The notes beneath the pieces were generated by a model that was not told the origin of the DNA, did no database searches, and saw only the letters and a list, made by a program, of their open reading frames with translations. The position numbers and the translations under genes are program-made. From the NCBI GenBank assembly GCA_964016885.1, contig OZ024741.1, forward strand, positions 220,658,001 through 220,722,000: a stretch of DNA of 64,000 nt. Reading direction: 5' to 3'. The DNA is from Eledone cirrhosa (Eukaryota). Positions 54,245 to 64,000 of the stretch are shown in pieces (within the stretch, counting starts at the first letter, position 1; every line of letters starts with the position of its first letter).

Positions 54245-54690
54245 CTGAATTTGTTTAGCAAGATACTTTATCCGAAAACGTGTGTTGAAACCGATATTGT
54301 TATGCTTTGGGAGGGTCACGTTGCCAATAAGAAACACACGCACCAGATGCTTTCACTTCAATTTATTATAAATTAAATTCATAAATTTAGGAATTTAAAA
54401 ATTTCCAGTTGGTTGGTTGGTTCAACAACCAGACGATTGTTCATATATCGTCAAAGTTCGTTCGTCACACATTCTGTGACCTCTTTAGTGACTGGGGATT
54501 CACTGAAGAGGTCACAGAATGTGTGACGAAAGAACTTTAACAATATATGAACAATTGTCTGGTTGTGGAACCAACCAACCAACCGGAAATTTATAAATTC
54601 ATAAATTCATAAATTTATTGTATAATAAATTGAAGTGAAAGCAACTGGTGCGTGTGTTTCTTATTTGCAACATGCCCCTCCCAAAGTATA
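54245..54690. repeat. Fold-back (~200-bp arms) of the 10825-family repeat with hammerhead core at 54503-54540
   Basis: CTGAAGA-g-gtcaca-gaatg-tgtgac-GAAA-gaac-TT. Confidence 0.8.
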
Positions 54691-54834
54691 ACGATGCGTT
54701 ATGTCCTTGAGCAAGACATTTTATTTCACGTTGCTCCTTCTACCTGGAGTTGCGACCGATAGATAGTATTAGCAATTGGAAAGACCAACGGAAACACTGT
54801 TTCCTCGGTCCGATTTGACGAAAGTCGATCGTTC

Positions 54835-54885
<51 letters not shown>

Positions 54886-54886
<1 letters not shown>

Positions 54887-57352
54887 CACTTTTACTCTTT
54901 TACCTGTTCCAGTCATCCGGCAGAGGCTATGCTGGGGCAGCGCCTTTGTTGCTACACATTTCAATTCCAGCCTGTATTGGTTGGCCACTGGTGCAAGAGG
55001 GAGTTCATTGCTGCTGCCTTTAGGTTTCCCTCGAGCCTTGCTTTGGGCTCATCCGGGATCCTGGATAGCAAGGTGTCGGGATGTTTCTTGAAGACATCCA
55101 CATCCACAACACGCAGATCTCTCAGATCCCTCGGAAGCTTGTTGAAGAGTTGAAGGCCCTTGAACCCCAGGTTGTTGCAATATCTGCTCCTTATTCTAGA
55201 TGTGGAAGACGGGACCTTTGGCACAACTCAGTAACGTCCTGTTCGACGGTTGGTCCAGCTCACAATGCTAAAGTTTGGCGCTAGTCCCTCCAGGATTTTC
55301 CTCATGTAGATCACTACGTATCTCTCCCGTCTTCGTTCCAAGGAGTAGAGGTTCAGTTCTTTTAGCCTCTCCCAGTAGCTTATCTCCTTCGTCGTGGCAA
55401 TCCTCTTGGTGTAGCTTCACTGGATTGCCTCAAGCTCCGTGGTTAGTTTGACACTATGGGATGACCACAACTGGGAGCAATTGTCCAAGCATCTTAGGAC
55501 AAATGTCCTCCATAGTGTCAAAATGGTGTCTCGGTTGCTTGTCTGGAAAGTCTGCAAGATCCAGCCCACGAGTCGTCGGCACATTGTCGCCACTTTCATG
55601 ATGTGTGAGGAAAAAGACGCATCATTGCTCATGTCTAAACGCAGGTCTCGTATCGATTTCGACATGGGGATATCGGTCCCTCCTGGTCCGGCGTAACTGT
55701 GTTGTACTGTATTTGTGTTTGCAGGTTTTTATTGTAGGGCTTGGAATTTGCGAGCATTAAACTGCATGATGTTGTCTTCCGAACATTTGTATATGGCATC
55801 CAGATCTTGTTGTGAAAGGGCAGAGTCAGCCGGGTTTGTGATTGCCTGTGCTACCTTAGTGTCATCAGCATAGCTAGTGAGGGATGTTGTTGTATGTACT
55901 TCAGAGGGCATATCTGAAAGAGATCCACCAAAAACAGTAGTGGTCCCAGGACTGTGCCTTGGAGCACCCCACTTGTAACTAATGTTTCCTTTGAGAGGGC
56001 CCCGTTTCCTACGACTGTCTATCCTTTATGAAGTCATGCTGCCACTTACATATTTTTCCACTTATGCCGAGTCCGTGTAGAGTGTGACATACCATTCCGT
56101 GGTCGAACTTGTCAAAGGCCTTCGCAAAGTCAAGATATATCACGTCCATATGTGCGCTGTCTAGCAGTTGTTTCAGTACCCAGTCGTAGTGATGTAGCAG
56201 CTGTGTAAGGCAGCTTCTTCCTGGGCAAAAGCCATGCTGCGTGCTAGTCAGGCGGTCATTTTCCTCGAGGAAAGTGATCAGTTTCTTTCTGATGATTCGC
56301 TCCATGACCTTACTGATATGTGACGTCAGGGAGACTGGCCTATAGTTTTTGGCTTCCGCTCTGCTACCTCCTTTATGGATAGGGCATATTGTGCCTTCTT
56401 TCAGCTCTCTGGATAGTATACCGCTAGCCAAGGAGCTTCTGAAGAGCGTCTTCAGTGGAGTTGCTAATGCCCGCTTGCATGTTTTTAAGAGGACTGATGG
56501 GAATCCATCAGGTCCAGCAGCTGAGTCTGTTCTAATTTTATCTATGGCGTATACCACATACTCCTCCGTTATGTCTATGTGGTTGATGGTCGCCATTTCT
56601 TCATGGCGTGTTATCGTATCAAAGAACTCCTCTGGCTTTGTTATTTGCATGTGCCTCGGTGGACATGTGAACACACTTTTGTACTGTTTGTTCAGTATTC
56701 ACTTATCTATTGGGGATTCTCGGTTAATGAACCGTCTGTATGGAAGAGTGACCCAATCTTGTACTGTACTGAGGCAGTTTCTTTTGAAAATTTAAAGAAG
56801 GCCTTAAGGTTTGTTTTAATATTTTCTATAGCTCTGCTTTCTTTCTTTGCCCTCTCTTTTTCATGGGAAAGTTTGAGTGCAATCTCGGTGTCAAGTAGTG
56901 CACGTTTCAAATAGGGTTCCTTCTTGTTTTAGTTTTCTTGTGCATTCAACTGGTTTGAGAGCTTAGTTCTTCGTCTCATGAGGATTTTCTTACCTCTGGG
57001 AATAAGATTGTTGTGTCTGTTGGCCCTTTTCTCCGGGACAAACGTTTGGCATATAGTGTGTATCGTTGTCATGAAGTGTTGAAATTGTGTGTTGTTGTCT
57101 TGTGCTGCGGTGTTGTCGCTCCATATATGCTTCCGGATTTCTCTCTTGATCTTTTTCCAGTTACCCTTATAGAAGTTAAAGCTGGATAAGGTCCCGGTGC
57201 TTCTTGATGGTTGTGTCTCTGTTGATTCTCTCGGACCACATATCATTAGTACTACTAAGTTATGATCCGAGAAAATTGTTGGTGTCACCTTTACATTGTG
57301 GATGAGCACTTCGTTGTTTGTAAAACAGAGGTCCAGGACATTCTCGCCTCTT
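54886..57352 (-). mobile_element. 5'-truncated CR1-group LINE ORF2 pseudogene (APE C-terminus + RT) with 3' tail
   Basis: NVLDLCFTN..FSDHNLV, AGPDG, NYRPVSLTS, QHGF, DVIYLDFAKAFD, YADDTK, LFNKLP; multiple frameshifts; ends GTAAAAGAGTAAAAG. Confidence 0.9.
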
Positions 57353-57379
57353 ATATATATATATAAATATATTATATAT

Positions 57380-57469
<90 letters not shown>

Positions 57470-57470
<1 letters not shown>

Positions 57471-57668
57471 ACAACTAGAAATTGATTAACATATAAATAA
57501 ACATATGAAACAATCACAGGGGATAATGTTTACAAGTGTGCAAGCACACATGGCTAGCTAACTTTATTTAGTTACCTACCTAGCTATGTGTGATTGCACA
57601 CTTGTAAAAATTATCCCCTGTGATTGTTTCATATGTTTATTTATATGTTAATCAATTTCTAGTTATTA
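57470..57668. repeat. Fold-back inverted repeat, ~85-bp arms
   Basis: AACTAGAAATTGATTAACATATAAATAAACATATGAAACAATCACAGGGGATAAT mirrored. Confidence 0.9.
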
Positions 57669-57793
57669 TAAAATGCTCGGACCTATTCATTAGAATCTTT
57701 GAGCTTATTTTACGGGTGATATGGCGCATGCCATTCTGGCATGACGCCCATAATTTTGATTTAGATTAAATTCACTTTGATTTATCTTAATTT

Positions 57794-57840
<47 letters not shown>

Positions 57841-58040
57841 TCTGAATTTGTTTAGCAAGATTCTTTATCTGACAACGTGTGTTGAAACCGATATTGTTAT
57901 ACTTTGGGACGGTCATGTTGCCAATAAGAAACACATGGAAATGTATACATTTTTTAATTTATAATTTAATTTATAATAAATTGGAGTGAAAGCAACTGGT
58001 GCGTGTGTTTCTTATTGGCAACATGACCCTTCCAAAGTAT

Positions 58041-58101
<61 letters not shown>

Positions 58102-58114
58102 CAAAATTATATAG

Positions 58115-58450
<336 letters not shown>

Positions 58451-58508
58451 GTTTACTGAACACACACACACACACACATACACACACACAAACAGACACA
58501 CACACACA

Positions 58509-58599
<91 letters not shown>

Positions 58600-58606
<7 letters not shown>

Positions 58607-58778
58607 TAACAGATTAAAGTTTAAGCAAAGAATCGCTGCTTTCACCCTTAACGGGATCTTCTGAAACTAACAAAGTCAATCTAACAAAGGTTTACAGATT
58701 GACTTTGTTAGTTTCAGAAGATCCCGTTAAGGGTGAAAGCAGCGATTCTTTGCTTAAACTTTAATCTGTTATTTTAAT
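58600..58778. ncRNA. Fold-back carrying a variant hammerhead (core CAGAAGA); plus copy 58710-58760
   Basis: agttt-CAGAAGA-t-ccc-gttaa-ggg-t-GAAA-gca..tgc-TT-aaact; near-identical to 62288-62365. Confidence 0.65.
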
Positions 58779-59371
58779 ATATATATATATATATATATAT
58801 TTGTTATCCAGTATATATATATAGTAGAATAATCGAGTATCGAAAAATCGGCGCACGAGTTCACGATAAACAAAATTCGAGATGAGCGGCAGAGGTCTCC
58901 ATAATTCAAATAAATCAGAGCTATAACTATCGTTAAAATACCGTCACACGTAGAATATGTCTACAATCAACCAAATAACCGAAAATTTTCGATATGGAAG
59001 ATTCGGGACACTCAGATAAATTATCAATATATATATATAATAGAAATTCGGGACCCTGGCGGCGGCTGAGCTCTTTAGAATATAACCGAACACTACTACT
59101 CCGTGTATCAAGTACTCTGTTGACTAATGGTCTAATGAGTGTTTCAAACGGAATCAATCTTCATTTATATACCTGTAACAAAGAAAGTGTGGTAAGAAAC
59201 CAGTTGGACCCTAACGCATCAGAGTACTCAATACTAGGGTAGTAGAGTGGGTAATAGGAAAAGTGTCAGGACCCCGACGGTTGAGCTCAGTCGTCGGGTC
59301 CTGACTCTTCCTATATATATATATATACATGTGTGTGTACACATGCGCGCGCGCACACACTCACATACACA

Positions 59372-59445
<74 letters not shown>

Positions 59446-59591
59446 GAGAGGAGAGGAAGAGAAATTGGTATGAAATGGTAGAAGTTCAATGATCGATGAT
59501 CATTTCTGATTTGCAGGTGTTGATGTCTTTTGTGACAAAAGGTAGGATCAACAGATAAAGAGTGAACACACCTGGAGAGATCTGAATTAGG

Positions 59592-59647
<56 letters not shown>

Positions 59648-59907
59648 AGTGAGGTGCGGTTACTATCGTGGTGGTGCTGGTGGAGGGGATTATGGTAGTT
59701 TGTCAAAATGGCTGCAAACATTGCAATAAATGTGGTTTTACAGATAAAAAACGAAAGACATATATTTGAGCGAGATGTATGTATATACAGATGTATGTAT
59801 GTATAGATAGATGTATGTATGTATATACAGATGAATGGATGTATAGATAGATGTATGTATGTATAGATAGATGTATGTATGTACATGTGTATATATGTAT
59901 GTATATG

Positions 59908-59957
<50 letters not shown>

Positions 59958-60120
59958 GTGTGTGTGTATACATATATATGTATGTGTATATATATATATA
60001 TGTACGTGCGTATATATGTATATATGTATGTATATTTATGTATACATATATGTGTGCGTGTGTGTATGTATACATATATATATGAATGTGCATGTATGTA
60101 TATATATATATATATGTATA

Positions 60121-60193
<73 letters not shown>

Positions 60194-60270
60194 CTGTGTG
60201 TGTCTCTGTATGTATACATATATATATGAATGTCTATGTATGTGTCTATATATATATATGTATGTATATT

Positions 60271-60301
<31 letters not shown>

Positions 60302-60669
60302 TATGTCTGTGTGTGTATGTATACATATATATATGAATGCGTATGCATATATATATACACGTATATATGTATGTGTATGTATATATAACTATGTGTATGT
60401 GTATATATATATATATATGTATACATATATATGTATGTATGTATGTATACATATATATTTATATATGTATGTATGTATAGATATATATGTATGTATGTAT
60501 ACATGTATATGTATGTGTATACGTATATATATATGTATGTATATATATATATGTATGTGTATACATATATATATGTGTGTGTATATAGGTATATATGTAT
60601 GTATATATATATATGTATGTGTATGTATATATGTATGCATACATATATATATATATATGTATGTGTACG

Positions 60670-60719
<50 letters not shown>

Positions 60720-60934
60720 AATGTATGTGTCTGTATACGTATATATATATGTATACGTATATATATATGTATGTATACATATATATGCATGTGTATGTAT
60801 ACATATATATGTATGTATATATATGTACGTGTATGTATGTATACATGTATGTATACATATGTATGTATACATATATATATATATATCTATATGTGTGTAT
60901 GAACATCAATCAAACTACCTTAACAAACAACGAA

Positions 60935-60965
<31 letters not shown>

Positions 60966-61406
60966 TAATTTCTGTGTTTTTTATTAAAAGATTCTATTTC
61001 TTTCTTTCGTCCTTTCCTTCCTTTTTTTGTGTAGTTTTATAATTTTTTTCAGCTAAATTATTTTTAGATCAAGTAAAATATTTTTCACTATTGTATTATT
61101 TAAGTTGTTTTTTGTTCTATAATAAACTCTCTATGTAAACATAGTTATCTTTGCATTCATAGAGATAGCTTTAACTTAGATCTAGTTTTCTTGCTGTCAT
61201 AGATTCCACTCAAAGCTAAGTTATACCACCTCTTATTTTACTTAGAATGCTTCATAGCATAAGATACAGACACTAGACCAGGTATTATGAAGGGAGGGGA
61301 CAGATGGTATATATATATATATATAGCAAAAGCTAAACAGAAATAACGAAGCGAATGACACAGTGGAGTGATGTGTTTGTACATGAGTGAGTGTATATAT
61401 ACATAC

Positions 61407-61442
<36 letters not shown>

Positions 61443-61605
61443 ATATATACATATATATACACGTTAGTAAGGTATAGGTATATCCCTTTTATTATAAAAA
61501 TAACTTCTACAGGACTAGAACTGTATTATACCAATGAAACAGTTCTAATATTATAGAAGTCGTTTCTATAGTAAAGCGAATTTCTATCTATCTCTCCTCT
61601 CTCTA

Positions 61606-61676
<71 letters not shown>

Positions 61677-62047
61677 CGAAGGAGTTGTAGTATATATACA
61701 TATATATATAGGAAAAAGTATGACCCCGACGACAGAGCTCAATCGTTTCGACGACTATTTCTGGACAGAAATAGCCGTCGAAACGGCTTGAGCTCTGCCG
61801 TCGGGGTCATACTTTTTCCTATATATATATATGTATATATATATTCTCGTTAGTATTATTACTGATGACATGACATATTATTTTGTTCTAGTGACTTATC
61901 TAAGGATCGCTCAACAAAAACAAACTAGAATTATAGTAATACAACAGCACTAACAACTCTGGAAACTATAATTTATTGATTTTAATACACACAGACAGAC
62001 AGACATATACCTACATACATACATACATACATACATACATACATACA

Positions 62048-62082
<35 letters not shown>

Positions 62083-62131
62083 GTATATATATACAGACAC
62101 ACACACACACATATATATATATTTATTAAAA

Positions 62132-62196
<65 letters not shown>

Positions 62197-62199
62197 ATA

Positions 62200-64000
62200 A
62201 TAATAAATGTAAAGACTAAAATCCAAAGACGGCTTTATAAGGATAAATATATATAAAATATAAGAACCCTAGAGCAAATATTTATTAGAATAACAGATTA
62301 AAGTTTAAGCAAAGAATCGCTGCTTTCACTCTTAACGGGATCTTCTGAAACTAAAAATATCAATCTGTGAACGCAGAATTAAATATTTCGAAAAACGTTG
62401 CAACCGGAAGGAAAGCAGGAAGACGATACTTTGGTTCGTGAAGACGTTTTGTGGCAATGAACGGAAAAAAGCGAAGATAATACGTCGTATGTGGAGTGAT
62501 GAGAACAAATACATGCAAAGACAAAACCACGTTTATGGTATAAATGCTGCCGTAGACTAATATTCTATTTAAGAAACCGAATGATTCTCGGCTTCAGAAT
62601 TAAGAATAATGTAAATAAATTAGTAGAACGCAAATGACAGAGGTTATTAAAAACAATAATAATTAAATATAAACATACACGCATCTATACATAAACCCAC
62701 GTGACACATGTACCCACACACATATGAACGTATACACCAAATGCACATAAAAGAAATATATATGTGTGTGTGTATACATATAATTAAATAAACGTATATA
62801 AATATACACACATAAATACGTATATAGCGCACGCACACACATACCTACAGGTAAATACACATATGTTCACCAAACGTACGCCAAAGAAAAAACACAATGT
62901 ACACATATACACACCTTACATACGTGCAAACACGCATACACGCATGCACACGCAAACACAAAAAAACATATACACATAACCATATACACATATATAAGTA
63001 TATATAATGTAATATATACACCTATAACAAATACAAGCATATATACGTACGAGAAAGTATACGTACCTTCACAAAACATACGGGTAAGATATACTTACCT
63101 ATACTAATAAGAAATAGTATAAACATAAAATATACTTAGCTACCACATCAAGACGTAAATTATCCGCGTATTGTTCCTACTATTCTTTAGAGTATAATGT
63201 GGGGCTGTAATACAGGAGAGTTTTATGCAATTTGTGTTTAAAAGCCGAAATTGCCTCAGAATTTTTTTTTAAGATGTAGTCATTGGCGTCGAGTATTTCC
63301 AGGGCTTCAGCGGCGCAAAGATCGCATGGTCTTTTATTTCCGTTATACGATCTAGCCTTAGCTAGGATCTCCCAGTGTAACCTATATTGGGTGAGGTTGT
63401 CTTTTAGACTCCAGATATAAGCTGAAAGTAACGGCATATTCCTTCTTAAAGGGTTAAGAAAAGAATGGGTGTGCATGTAAAGACGCTGCTTGAATCTATT
63501 GACGGTTAACCCTATGTAGGCCCTATGTAGGAGGTGTTTCGACCTTACATTTGTAGACAATGTTACTGGAGAGGCATTTCCCAAATAGAGGGCAGTCAAT
63601 CCGATTCCTACAATTAGAGTTAGTACTAGCTACAGGGTTGCACATGTTTCTACAGCTAGGTAATTTAGCTAAATTTGAAGCAGTGATGTTATGTGCAAGG
63701 CTAGGAGTCGTAGAGTAAGATATTTTAATGGTATTTCTATTAAAAATGTTATCATAGTTATGTGCTGAAGGGAAATGCTTCCTAATAAGAGAGAGAAAGA
63801 TCTTAGCTAATGGTGTGGCCACCTCCATATTATATGGTGGGTTAAACTATATAATGCGGCGGGATGTATGTTTCTATGCTCATACTCGGTATATGCTACC
63901 TTATCGACAAATCCACTCCGAGCAAGAGGTTCATTGTAGTATGTGGAATGGTCGGTGAAAATATGGTCGTTTGTAGATAGAATGGAAAACCTCAAAGAAA
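62200..64000 (-). mobile_element. Penelope-like (Naiad-type) element 3' part: endonuclease pseudogene, 3' UTR and pLTR-like region
   Basis: GIY-YIG coding region 63180-64000; downstream low-complexity UTR; variant hammerhead ~62297-62353; runs off the window end. Confidence 0.8.
63180..64000 (-). pseudogene. PLE linker + GIY-YIG endonuclease, disrupted
   Basis: II*FNPPY..IFLSLIRKHFP..IFNRNTIKISYS..NCRNRIDCPLFGKCLSSNIVYKC / YIGLT..FKQR..H..SF..LSAYIWSLK..WEIL..CDLCAAEALEI. Confidence 0.88.

Overview
AT-rich, microsatellite-saturated animal genomic DNA. The SINE repertoire resembles Octopus/cephalopod (inference from memory, not a search). I found no credible host protein-coding exon; nearly all long ORFs are (TA)n/(CA)n artefacts. 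The window is a mobile-element landscape: a decayed Helitron RepHel element (16462-22645, minus), several non-autonomous Helitrons, a 5'-truncated CR1-type LINE (54886-57352, minus), an RTE-type LINE 3' fragment, two Penelope-like (Naiad-type) fragments (RT at 27815-28360; GIY-YIG at 63180-64000), at least three SINE families, MITEs and minisatellites. The main hidden signal is a dense population of type I hammerhead ribozymes. Two tandem arrays of a ~464-504 bp unit (5562-7600, 41181-44078) carry one minimal hammerhead per unit on the minus strand. Three diverged relatives show compensatory base changes in the ribozyme stems, and two of them also in other hairpins. This matches a non-LTR retrozyme (self-cleaving, probably circular RNA) family that may have an octamer-containing internal promoter. 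About ten other hammerhead families sit in fold-back fragments inserted in (TA)n tracts, some physically linked to the Penelope-like elements. All structures were folded by eye.
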